A DNA stretch of 12,875 bases, from contig JBMFOM010000058.1 of the NCBI GenBank assembly GCA_049969615.1, positions 1 through 12,875 of the forward strand, written 5' to 3'. Source of the DNA: a candidate division WOR-3 bacterium. GTDB lineage: Bacteria; Hydrothermota; Hydrothermia; JBDRYB01. Shown here one piece after another: positions 1 through 8,083 of the stretch (positions are counted from its first letter, which is position 1; the number at the start of each line of letters is the position of its first letter). Position numbers and translations under genes: made by a program. The notes beneath the pieces are model-generated. The model was not told where the DNA came from, made no database searches, and was given only the letters and a program-made list of their open reading frames with translations.

Positions 1-82
1 TGGTGCCAATTTCTCCCGGCCTTTATTCCTCTTAAGTCCTTACCTATCAATGACTTACGAAAAATGAGGTGTCAAAGATGGG
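1..82 (+). mobile_element. Possible right end of an IS element (IS1634/IS4-superfamily-like), cut by the window edge
   Basis: Reads ...TGGTGCCA (VVP-like tail, TAA at 33-35), then imperfect inverted repeat TAAGTCCTT-N7-AATGACTTA (33-57), then GGTGTCAAAGATGGG (68-82). This resembles IS1634-type ends as I recall them; the transposase body and left end are not visible. Confidence 0.3.
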
Positions 83-154
83 TCTAAGAGGAGTCCCTTG
101 AAAAATCCAGCCACGAGAGCATTTCCTCATGGTTCTTATCCAGCTATAATGACT

Positions 155-184
155 TTGCCCCGCGCCGTCCCCGCGCCTTAAAAT
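155..184 (+). promoter_or_regulatory. Putative sigma70-type promoter of the mre operon
   Basis: TTGCCC (155-160), 18 nt, TAAAAT (179-184); the TTG start lies 9 nt further on with no Shine-Dalgarno. Confidence 0.45.
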
Positions 185-193
185 TTTCAAACT

Positions 194-1243
194 TTGGGAA
201 TTTTTGATTGGTTTCGTTCCATCTTCAGGACAGAGGTCGCTCTTGATCTAGGCACCGCGCACACGCTCGTCTATGTGAAGGGGAAGGGCATCGTCATACG
301 GGAACCGTCTGTTGTCGCTGTTGACCTGACAACGGGCAAGCCCATCGCCGTGGGTACGGAAGCAAAACTCATGCTGGGCAAGACCCACGAGACCATAATG
401 GCCAAGCGGCCCATAAAGGACGGGGTCATAGAAAATCTGGACCTGGTCAATGTGATGATGGCATCGCTCCTATCGCGGGTGATGAAGAATACCCTGGCCA
501 AGCCTATACTCTATGTTGGCGTGCCTTCGGGAGCAAACGAGGTTGAGCTCAAGGCTGTCAGGGATGCTGGTGAAGCCGCGGGAGCGAAGGAGGTTTATCT
601 CGTGGCGGAGCCGGTCGCGGCCGCGGTGGGCATGGACCTGCCAATACATGACCCAACCGGCCACATGGTCGTTGACATAGGCGGCGGCACAACCGAGATA
701 GCCGTCATATCCCTGGGCGGGATAGTGGCCCAGGCATCCATTCCCATCGCGGGGGACGAGATGGACCAGGCAATAATCAACTACATAAGGAGAAAATACA
801 CCATACTCATAGGGGAGCAGACCGCGGAAAAGATAAAGATAGCCATAGGGAATGTCTACCCCACCGAAGAAACGCTTGAACCAATGGAGGTCAGGGGCCA
901 GAGCCTAGTGAACAGCATGCCCCAAGTGGTTGAAATAACGCCTTCGGAGGTGCGAGAAGCCCTCCGTGAGCCGGTTTACCAGATCCTTGAGGCCATACGC
1001 AGGGCCTTTGAGGCAACGCCACCCGATCTCATGTCGGACATAATTGAGCGCGGCATACATCTTACCGGTGGCGGCGCGCTCCTCAGGGGTATGGACCTGT
1101 TGATAAGGGAGGAAACAGGCCTCACGGTTAAAGTCATGGAGAGGCCGCTTGAATGCGTCGCCATAGGCGTGGGAAAGATAATGGAGAACCTCAAAAAATA
1201 CAGGAATGTTCTCCTTCCTTCAAAGAAACCCACCAGAAGATGA
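194..1243 (+). CDS. mreB: Rod shape-determining actin-like protein MreB
   Basis: Phosphate-1 DLGTAHT, EPSVVA, RPIKDGVI, EPVAAAVG, phosphate-2 VDIGGGTTEIAVISLGG, adenosine LTGGGALL; N-terminal amphipathic MGIFDWFRSIF; first gene of mreBCD-mrdA-rodA. Confidence 0.97.
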   Translation: MGIFDWFRSIFRTEVALDLGTAHTLVYVKGKGIVIREPSVVAVDLTTGKPIAVGTEAKLMLGKTHETIMAKRPIKDGVIENLDLVNVMMASLLSRVMKNTLAKPILYVGVPSGANEVELKAVRDAGEAAGAKEVYLVAEPVAAAVGMDLPIHDPTGHMVVDIGGGTTEIAVISLGGIVAQASIPIAGDEMDQAIINYIRRKYTILIGEQTAEKIKIAIGNVYPTEETLEPMEVRGQSLVNSMPQVVEITPSEVREALREPVYQILEAIRRAFEATPPDLMSDIIERGIHLTGGGALLRGMDLLIREETGLTVKVMERPLECVAIGVGKIMENLKKYRNVLLPSKKPTRR

Positions 1244-1375
1244 GGCGTGGCCGTGAATCGTGCGGCATGGGACATGGGCTAAGGCTATGAATAGGAGCGA
1301 TCCTCGGTTTCATAACGCATGTTGCTTATCTCTCGGCAATAAAACCGGTTCCCCATTGCCAGCCCTCAATCAATC

Positions 1376-2080
1376 ATGAAGGATTATCACCGCTTTCTCC
1401 TTGCCATTTTCGTGGCGGGGATATTTCTTCTGCCGTTTCCAAGAAAACTCGTTCACAACACCCTGCTTGCAACCCTTTATGTGCCCGCGCTCAGAGCCGA
1501 GGCGCTTGTCTTGGATATTCTGCACGTGAGATCAGAAAGGGATTATCTTCTTGAGGAAAACGCTAGATTGGCACAGCAACTGGGGGAAAAAGCCCTGCCG
1601 TTTGGAGAAAGACGGGGTATGGGCACAGCAAGGCCCCTTAGATTCGATCCACCCGGCATCCCGGAGAGGATAATCGTGGATGCTGGCAAAAACAGGGGGA
1701 TTGAACCTGGGGATGTGCTCATGAGCGGAGGGGCGCTTGCCGGGAGGGTTTCGGTTGTTGAATCAAACACATCCTCTGTGATCACACCATTTTCGCCTGA
1801 TTTCATGGCTGGCGTGGTGGACACCAGGAGCCTGGTCGGGGGAGTTCTCGTCGGTGGAGCGAGTCCAGTCGTTGAATACATACCCAGTTGGGAGGATGTA
1901 AGAGCCGGAGACACGCTCATAACCTCCGGGTTGGCGGGTTTCCTGCCCCCTGGTGTTCCTGTGGCAGTGGTGGAGAATGTTTATAGGACTGAAAAGCCAT
2001 TCCTGGAGGTCACGGCAAAGCCGCTTTATCAGCCACAGAAGCTCAGAAACTTCACGATTGTTCACGGGGACAGAAGATGA
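1376..2080 (+). CDS. mreC: Rod shape-determining protein MreC
   Basis: N-terminal TM helix, coiled coil LLEENARL, IIVDAGKNRGIEPG, GALAGRV, GDTLITSGLAGFLPPGVPVAVV; operon position. Confidence 0.93.
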   Translation: MKDYHRFLLAIFVAGIFLLPFPRKLVHNTLLATLYVPALRAEALVLDILHVRSERDYLLEENARLAQQLGEKALPFGERRGMGTARPLRFDPPGIPERIIVDAGKNRGIEPGDVLMSGGALAGRVSVVESNTSSVITPFSPDFMAGVVDTRSLVGGVLVGGASPVVEYIPSWEDVRAGDTLITSGLAGFLPPGVPVAVVENVYRTEKPFLEVTAKPLYQPQKLRNFTIVHGDRR

Positions 2081-2514
2081 GAAGGGCCTGGCTCACTGGA
2101 ATATACACAACACTGGCCATTGTTTTTGCTATAGCCTTCACCCGGCTTCGCTTTATGGGATTTCCGGATATCTCGCTATCTTTGTTCTCTGCAATGTCAA
2201 TCAACCTATCCTATCCGGCATCGCTGGTCCTGGCTGTTGTGCTTGGATTGCTCGCGGAGGGGCTTTATCCAACCGACCCGTGGATCACTCCCTTGATGTA
2301 TGTTCTCCTGGCGAGCGCCTCGCTCTACGCGAGGCAACAGATGAATCTTAGGGGATGGCCTCTCGCTTTATATTTTCTACTTTGGGGGACAGCATTCAAG
2401 CTCATCCCGCCGCTCTTTCACAGGCAGGGATTGAACCTGCTTGACGCGATATGTGGTTCAGCGCTCACAGGACTTTTGGCCTATCTGCTCTATATCCCAT
2501 GGAAAGAAGAATAA
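2077..2514 (+). CDS. mreD: Rod shape-determining membrane protein MreD (divergent)
   Basis: 145 aa, hydrophobic throughout, PDISL and GLLAEGL resemble MreD PD/GLxxD motifs; ATGA overlap with mreC; sits between mreC and PBP2. Confidence 0.78.
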   Translation: MRRAWLTGIYTTLAIVFAIAFTRLRFMGFPDISLSLFSAMSINLSYPASLVLAVVLGLLAEGLYPTDPWITPLMYVLLASASLYARQQMNLRGWPLALYFLLWGTAFKLIPPLFHRQGLNLLDAICGSALTGLLAYLLYIPWKEE

Positions 2515-4199
2515 TCCCCATAGTTGCTTTTTTCGCCTTTGCTCTCGTCGGCGCACTGGTCAGGGTGTTTTACATGCAGGTCATAAAATCGGGTGAATTC
2601 AGCGGCCAGGCAGAAACCAACTACCTGAGACGGATCCCGATCCCGCCAATAAGAGGGAGAATCCTGGACAGGAACGGGGTCGTATTGGCCAGCTGGGAGC
2701 CGCGGTTTATGGCAGTGGCAATGCTGGAGGACACGAGCCTTACCGAAAATGAGGTTGAGAAGCTCAGGGTCACGATAGGGGCCGAAAGCCTCTCTGTCAA
2801 AAAAAGCTACCTGGGATACACGGTTCTGGCGAGAGACATCCCATATGACAAGGCTCTTGCTGTATTGGAACGCTCGGAGAGCTTCGGCTGGCTTCTCATG
2901 CTACCTTGGTTCACCAGAACATATCCGCACTCAGGACCGGTTTCTCCGGTAGTGGGCTATGTTGGTGCAGACGGCGTAGGCAAGGCAGGCATTGAGAGCG
3001 CGTTGAACGACCAGCTCATGGGCGCGCCCGGGACAAAATACCTGATGGTTGATGCCAGGGGAAGGGTGATAAAGAAAGACATTTATCCAGAGGAGGTGCC
3101 CTTACAGGGAAAGGACATAACCATCAGCATTGATTCCAGGCTTCAGGAGGCCGCGGATACCCTGTTCAGGGGATACAGGTCAGGTGCCGCTGTGGTCATC
3201 AACATAAAAACAGGCGAGATACTCGTTCTCTACACAAAACCATATGTCAGCTCTTGGACAATGGCCTATGGGACACCGGAGGAAAAGGCTGAGGCGCTCT
3301 CCGCACCGGGATCACCGCTTCTGAACAGGGCTGTGGCCGGCATGTATCCACCGGGATCAACATTCAAACCTGTTGTGGCAATGGCTGGACTGGCCTCCGG
3401 CGCGATAACACCCAACAGCGTGTTCTGCTGTGCCGGCGGAATGCAGATGGGAACGAGGTTCTTCAAGTGTACTGGATTTCACGGATGTCTGGATCTCGTT
3501 CACGGGATAGAGCATTCCTGCAACACATATTTTTATTCAGTTGGAACGCGCATGGGGCTACCGACACTTCTATACCAGATTGAACGTTTTGGGTTTCTCA
3601 AGAGGAGATACGACCTGGGCGTTGGCGGAGAAAAACCCGCGCTGGTCCCAAGCTTGAATTATTACAAGAAACACTTTGGAAAACAATTGGGGGGCGTTAC
3701 TCTGAACCTTTCAATAGGTCAGGGCGAGCTGCTCCTGACCCCGGTCCACATGGCCCTCATAGCGGCGCTGGTCGCCAGGGGCGAAACGCCATTGCCCCAT
3801 ATCATTGTGAAGGTCGGAGAAGAGAATTATGTCCCGCCGGAGACGCTGAGGATCCCGCTTTCCGAGAAAGACAGGGAAGCAATAAAGAGAGGAATGCTTC
3901 TGGTCGTGGAATCAGGAACCGCGAAGACATGTAGGCTACCCGGTTTCAAATTCGGCGGCAAAACCGGAACAGCTCAGACCCCCAGGGGCCAGGATCACTC
4001 TCTCTTCATATTCTATGCGCCATACGACAACCCAGAAATAGCCGGAGCCGTTGTGGTTGAACACGGAGGTTTTGGCGCGGCCGCGGCCGCTCCGGTTGCC
4101 AGAGAGCTGATTAGGAGGTATTTCGGCCTGCCGCCTGCTCCTCTCTTCGGCGTAAAAAAGAAACACACTGAAACAGAGGAACCGGAGGAGATAGAATGA
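2499..4199 (+). CDS. mrdA: Penicillin-binding protein 2 (class B transpeptidase)
   Basis: PIRGRILDRNG, RTYP, GKAGIE, LLNRA, catalytic SxxK (PGSTFK), SxN (SCN), KTG (GKTGTAQ). Start placed at ATG 2499 (MERRIIP, then TM anchor) rather than 2451. Confidence 0.95.
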   Translation: MERRIIPIVAFFAFALVGALVRVFYMQVIKSGEFSGQAETNYLRRIPIPPIRGRILDRNGVVLASWEPRFMAVAMLEDTSLTENEVEKLRVTIGAESLSVKKSYLGYTVLARDIPYDKALAVLERSESFGWLLMLPWFTRTYPHSGPVSPVVGYVGADGVGKAGIESALNDQLMGAPGTKYLMVDARGRVIKKDIYPEEVPLQGKDITISIDSRLQEAADTLFRGYRSGAAVVINIKTGEILVLYTKPYVSSWTMAYGTPEEKAEALSAPGSPLLNRAVAGMYPPGSTFKPVVAMAGLASGAITPNSVFCCAGGMQMGTRFFKCTGFHGCLDLVHGIEHSCNTYFYSVGTRMGLPTLLYQIERFGFLKRRYDLGVGGEKPALVPSLNYYKKHFGKQLGGVTLNLSIGQGELLLTPVHMALIAALVARGETPLPHIIVKVGEENYVPPETLRIPLSEKDREAIKRGMLLVVESGTAKTCRLPGFKFGGKTGTAQTPRGQDHSLFIFYAPYDNPEIAGAVVVEHGGFGAAAAAPVARELIRRYFGLPPAPLFGVKKKHTETEEPEEIE

Positions 4200-4267
4200 C
4201 TCTCCTGAACGCGCTGGTTGTTTGTCCCAAAAAAGAACCAGGAACGAGAAACCAGGAACCAGGATGA
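4196..4267 (+). CDS. Putative 23-aa small ORF MTLLNALVVCPKKEPGTRNQEPG between mrdA and rodA
   Basis: GGAGGAG at 4184-4190 lies 5 nt before ATG 4196; its ATG overlaps the mrdA stop (ATGA 4196-4199) and its TGA overlaps the rodA ATG (ATGA 4264-4267). Confidence 0.4.
   Translation: MTLLNALVVCPKKEPGTRNQEPG
4235..4262 (+). repeat. Imperfect heptamer tandem repeat, 4 units
   Basis: GAACCAG GAACGAG AAACCAG GAACCAG, directly after an A6 run (4229-4234). Confidence 0.8.
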
Positions 4268-5442
4268 GAAGATTTCTCCCGTTTTTCTTTGCCCTAGGCA
4301 TAATCGCCATGAGCATGGTTGAGCTGTTCTCCATTGGGGTCAACCATGGGCTTAGGCAATTGATCTGGTTGGGATTGAGCGGAATGGCGTTCCTGTTCTT
4401 CTACAAGGGAATCTCGCCAATTACGCTGAAACGAGGCGCAGAGATAATCTATTGGGTCTCAATAGCCCTGCTAATAGCTGTCCTGATCCTTGGCGGACCC
4501 GGTGCGAAACGCTGGTTCTCGTTTGGTTTAATGAAATTTCAGCCCTCTGAGCTCGCCAAGTTAGCGCTTCTTCTCGTGCTTTCAAAGACACTGGACACAA
4601 AGGCCCCTTCAACCACAAAGGTAATGGCCGCTGTCGGGTATTCCTTGCTGGCCTTTATCCTGATCTTCTTTGAACCCGACCTCGCAACAGCCGGGGCGAT
4701 GATCGCCATATTGACAACACTGCTAGTGGTCTCCGGGGTCAATGTTTCCTTGCTCCTACTATTTTATACACCGATACTCGCCGCGGCCTCCTCATTTTGG
4801 CTCTGGAGCTTCATAGCTCTGGTTCTCGGAATTTTTGCCGCGTCCAGGCTAATGAAGAGACAATGGGGCTATACCCTTGCTATCACCACATTGGTAATAG
4901 GCGTTGGGCTTCTCACCCCACTTGTCTGGAAGGGGGTGCTCAAGGAATACCAGAGGAAACGGGTTATTGCTTTCTTTGCTCCCAAGGCCCAGAGCACCGC
5001 GGCTGGCTGGCAAGCCTTGCAGGCCAGGGTCGCGATTGGCTCCGGCGGTTTATTTGGTAAGGGCCTGGGCAGGGGGACGCAGAAGGGACTGGATTTCTTA
5101 CCAGAGGCTCACACTGACTTCATCTTCGCGGCAATTGGCGAGGAATTCGGTTTTGCGGGATGCGCACTTGTGATAGGGTTTTTTGTTGCTTTGCTCTGGA
5201 GCCTCGTTAGGGCCGCGGAATTCACCGAAGATCAGTACCTCAGAAACCTGATAATGGGTGCGATAACAATTATATTCTATCACGCATCATTCAATCTCCT
5301 CTCTGTCCTGGGACTATTTCCGGTCGCTGGCCTGCCCTTACCCTTTGCTAGCTATGGCGGAAGCCACCTGATAATGGAGTTCTCATTGCTGGGCATTATC
5401 GCCGCATCCGTTGAGGAGGAGATGAGGCGAAGGGCCTATTAA
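4264..5442 (+). CDS. rodA: Peptidoglycan glycosyltransferase RodA (SEDS family)
   Basis: GAKRW, FQPSELAK, EPDLATA, YQRKRV, AIGSGGLFGKG, LPEAHTDFIFAAIGEEFG, GLPLPFASYGGS; follows PBP2. Start taken as ATG 4264 rather than TTG 4222. Confidence 0.95.
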   Translation: MRRFLPFFFALGIIAMSMVELFSIGVNHGLRQLIWLGLSGMAFLFFYKGISPITLKRGAEIIYWVSIALLIAVLILGGPGAKRWFSFGLMKFQPSELAKLALLLVLSKTLDTKAPSTTKVMAAVGYSLLAFILIFFEPDLATAGAMIAILTTLLVVSGVNVSLLLLFYTPILAAASSFWLWSFIALVLGIFAASRLMKRQWGYTLAITTLVIGVGLLTPLVWKGVLKEYQRKRVIAFFAPKAQSTAAGWQALQARVAIGSGGLFGKGLGRGTQKGLDFLPEAHTDFIFAAIGEEFGFAGCALVIGFFVALLWSLVRAAEFTEDQYLRNLIMGAITIIFYHASFNLLSVLGLFPVAGLPLPFASYGGSHLIMEFSLLGIIAASVEEEMRRRAY

Positions 5443-5480
5443 CGGAGAGAACCCTTTCAAAGTTGAGTTATAATTTTGCC

Positions 5481-6425
5481 ATGATCTTGATAGGCTTAAT
5501 TTTGCTTTATGTCTCCCGCGACAGCCTCGCGGCCGCAATAGCCAAGGCCGAACCTTTCGTGCTCTCATCCCTCGGCGATTCCTTTCGCTTGCCGGTTTTC
5601 CGCTCGGTTTATCCGGACAGCTTTCTGACCAGCGGCTGGCTTGACACCACCGACTTCGGCACAGGCTTTTTTCTCAACACGGCAAGGTTCTCTCTCTCAC
5701 CGGAAATGCGGGAAGCCGCTGGTTGTGCCGCGGCCCTCCTCTACGCGCGGAAACTACCTGGCGACCTCTTTAGGTATTATCCTCAGAGGGAAAACTGTGA
5801 GGTTGACCTTGACGATGTGGCCTGCATCTCATACGAGCTGGCGTCTTTAGGATACCGTCTTGATAACCTGGAATCCTTTCTCGCCTGGCGAGACAGCTCA
5901 GGCGGGTTCTTCACATGGATAACGAAAAAGGCCCTCACCAACGATATTGACGCTGAGGTCAACTCAAATATCGCTAGGTGGCTTTTTCGGCTGGGACACG
6001 GGGACGAGAGGTTTCTGAGATTCCTGGACTGCCAGGTCAAAGACCCCGCCCTGTACTATTGCTGGTCTCCTCTTGCTTTCTGTTATACCATGAGCAGGCT
6101 GATCAGGGACGAGCCAGAAGCCATCCCGGATTCTTTCCGGCTAAGTTGGTCAAAGGCCCTGACTTCCAGGACCCTCGCGCTGAGGCCGTGGATCAGCTCC
6201 CTGAACACCGCCCTGGCCGCGAATACCCTGCTCAACCTCGGTTACCAGGGGCCGGAGCTGAACGAGGCAATATCCGCTCTCATGACATCTCAGGAAGATG
6301 ATGGCTCCTGGCCAGCCTTTGCCTTTTACATCAAGAAAACAAAATCTGAGACTCACTGCTTCGGAAGTCGTGAGCTGACCACGGTCATCGTGTTGGAGGC
6401 CCTTTACAGATACGGATCACGCTAG
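5481..6425 (+). CDS. Prenyltransferase/class II terpene cyclase-like alpha/alpha-barrel protein with N-terminal hydrophobic segment
   Basis: DxDD motif VDLDDVAC, QW-type motifs WRDSSGGFFTW and QEDDGSW, NDIDAEVNSN, C-terminal FGSRELTTVIVLEAL. TATAAT at 5469-5474 lies 6 nt before ATG 5481. Confidence 0.65.
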   Translation: MILIGLILLYVSRDSLAAAIAKAEPFVLSSLGDSFRLPVFRSVYPDSFLTSGWLDTTDFGTGFFLNTARFSLSPEMREAAGCAAALLYARKLPGDLFRYYPQRENCEVDLDDVACISYELASLGYRLDNLESFLAWRDSSGGFFTWITKKALTNDIDAEVNSNIARWLFRLGHGDERFLRFLDCQVKDPALYYCWSPLAFCYTMSRLIRDEPEAIPDSFRLSWSKALTSRTLALRPWISSLNTALAANTLLNLGYQGPELNEAISALMTSQEDDGSWPAFAFYIKKTKSETHCFGSRELTTVIVLEALYRYGSR

Positions 6426-6454
6426 GCGCGGTTCGCTAACCGGGCCTATTTCTT
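6423..6454 (+). terminator. Putative intrinsic terminator
   Basis: TAGGC-G-CGGTT-(CGCT)-AACCG-G-GCCTA hairpin overlapping the stop codon, followed by TTTCTT. Confidence 0.55.
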
Positions 6455-6628
6455 GGCGAAAAAGCCCAGGAATGCCCAGGTCAAGACCTTGAGGATAAGT
6501 TGCAGGGGGTATTCCCTCAGAGAAAATTCTCGTATGCGCGCCAGATGAACACGGCCATAGAATAAAACCATGCCTGGGTGCCGAGCAACTGGTTTCGTTC
6601 CTCGCGGCTGGAATATAATCTGTGCCCC

Positions 6629-8083
6629 ATGGAAATAATCCTGGATGGAAACTCCCTCTCACTTCAAGATGTCCTCACCATTGCCAGGGGTGGGGTGATG
6701 GTCTCGCTGAGTCCCGAAGCCAGGAAACGGATGCTTGAATCAAGGCAAGTCCTTGAAGCCAGGGCAAAAAAAGGTCCTGTCTATGGCTTCAACACAGGCC
6801 TGGGAAAGCTGGCCGGAGTCAGTCTGAAGCCGGATGATCTCAGACGTTTCCAACTGAACACGGTTCGCTCCCACGCGGTCGGTTTCGGAGAGCCAATAAG
6901 CCCTCATGAGACCAGGGCAGTAATGCTCCTCAGGGCGAACACCCTGGCCAAAGGCCACTCCGGTGTAAGGCCTGAAGTTCTTGATTTTCTCCTTAAAATG
7001 CTCAATGATGGTATCCTTCCGGTAATCCCCTCCATGGGTTCGGTGGGCGCGTCCGGCGACCTAGCGCCGCTCGCGCACATGGCCCTGGCCATGGTCGGCG
7101 AAGGCCAGGTCCTCTTGCCTGGCGGCAGGATATTGCCTTCCCTCATTGCCTTCAGGGAAAGAGGCATACAGCCCCTTGTTCTTGAGGCGCGAGAGGCCCT
7201 GGCTTTAATAAACGGAACCCAGTTCACTGCCGGCGTCCTGGCTATTCTGCTTGATGATGCGATTAGGCTTTCGGGGGCCGCGGATCTCGTTGGCGCGCTC
7301 AGCTTTTGTGCGATGGGTTCAAGGCCAGAACAGTTTCACCCTGATATAATGAGATTAAGGCCTCATCAAGGACAGATCGCGTCCGGTGCTAATCTCCGAG
7401 AGTTGATCGGTGATGTTCGGCCCGGCGACGATGTCCAGGACCCCTATTCGCTTCGTTGTATGCCCCAGGTCCACGGCTCCGCCAGGGACGGAATTGATTT
7501 TGCGAAGAGCATACTATCCGTTGAGATAAACTCCGCTACCGACAACCCTCTCGTTATTGGCAATGAGGTTTATTCCTGTGGCAATTTTCACGGCCAGCAC
7601 CTTGGCCTCGCTGGGGACATCCTCTCCATCTGCCTGGCGACCCTGGCCTCGGTTTCCGAGAGGCGAACCTTCCTTTTGCTGTCGGGTAAGGGTGACCTGC
7701 CCCTGTTCCTGGCCGAAAATCCGGGCCTCCAGTCCGGCCTCATGCTCCTTCAGACAACGCAGGCCTCTCTGGTCTCACTCTGCAAGTCTCTCTCTTATCC
7801 TGCGTCCGTTGGTTCTATACCGACCTCAGGGGGCCAAGAGGATTTCGTCCCCATGTCCGCGAACGCTGTTCTCAAAGCAAAGGAAATAGCCTGTAATGCC
7901 TGGATTGTTCTGGCGGGCGAGCTTGTGGCCGCGACCGAGGCCCTCCGGTTGTCAGGCAGAAAGCCCTCCGGCGGGCTCGGAGAGCTATATGAGAGATACC
8001 TTGAAGATGTAAAACCTGGTGCTGGCGACAGATTCCTCGTGCCGGAGATGGAAAGGGCCATGGAGTTCCTTCGCAAGTTCTAG
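6629..8083 (+). CDS. hutH: Histidine ammonia-lyase
   Basis: MIO-forming ASG in GSVGASGDLAPLAH; PVYGFNTGLG; HAL-type SH selectivity pair in VRSHAVG; ALINGTQ; VQDPYSLRCMPQVHG; EINSATDNP; GNFHGQ; QED. Start ATG 6629 (MEIILDGNSL), 9 nt after TATAAT (6614-6619). Confidence 0.92.
   Translation: MEIILDGNSLSLQDVLTIARGGVMVSLSPEARKRMLESRQVLEARAKKGPVYGFNTGLGKLAGVSLKPDDLRRFQLNTVRSHAVGFGEPISPHETRAVMLLRANTLAKGHSGVRPEVLDFLLKMLNDGILPVIPSMGSVGASGDLAPLAHMALAMVGEGQVLLPGGRILPSLIAFRERGIQPLVLEAREALALINGTQFTAGVLAILLDDAIRLSGAADLVGALSFCAMGSRPEQFHPDIMRLRPHQGQIASGANLRELIGDVRPGDDVQDPYSLRCMPQVHGSARDGIDFAKSILSVEINSATDNPLVIGNEVYSCGNFHGQHLGLAGDILSICLATLASVSERRTFLLLSGKGDLPLFLAENPGLQSGLMLLQTTQASLVSLCKSLSYPASVGSIPTSGGQEDFVPMSANAVLKAKEIACNAWIVLAGELVAATEALRLSGRKPSGGLGELYERYLEDVKPGAGDRFLVPEMERAMEFLRKF

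Noticed and set aside
145-150. TATAAT as the main mreB -10 element
   Set aside because: No convincing -35 at 17-18 nt; the TAAAAT at 179-184 fits the pattern seen at other genes, though a second promoter cannot be excluded.
1241-1375. tRNA, SRP RNA or 6S RNA in the mreB-mreC spacer
   Set aside because: No cloverleaf or T-loop, no SRP domain IV motif, and too short for a typical 6S RNA.
6578-6628. ORF-track N-terminal extensions of hutH (6578), mrdA (2451), rodA (4222) and the cyclase-like gene (5463)
   Set aside because: Family-like sequence begins at the downstream ATGs, which also fit -10 boxes or gene overlaps better.
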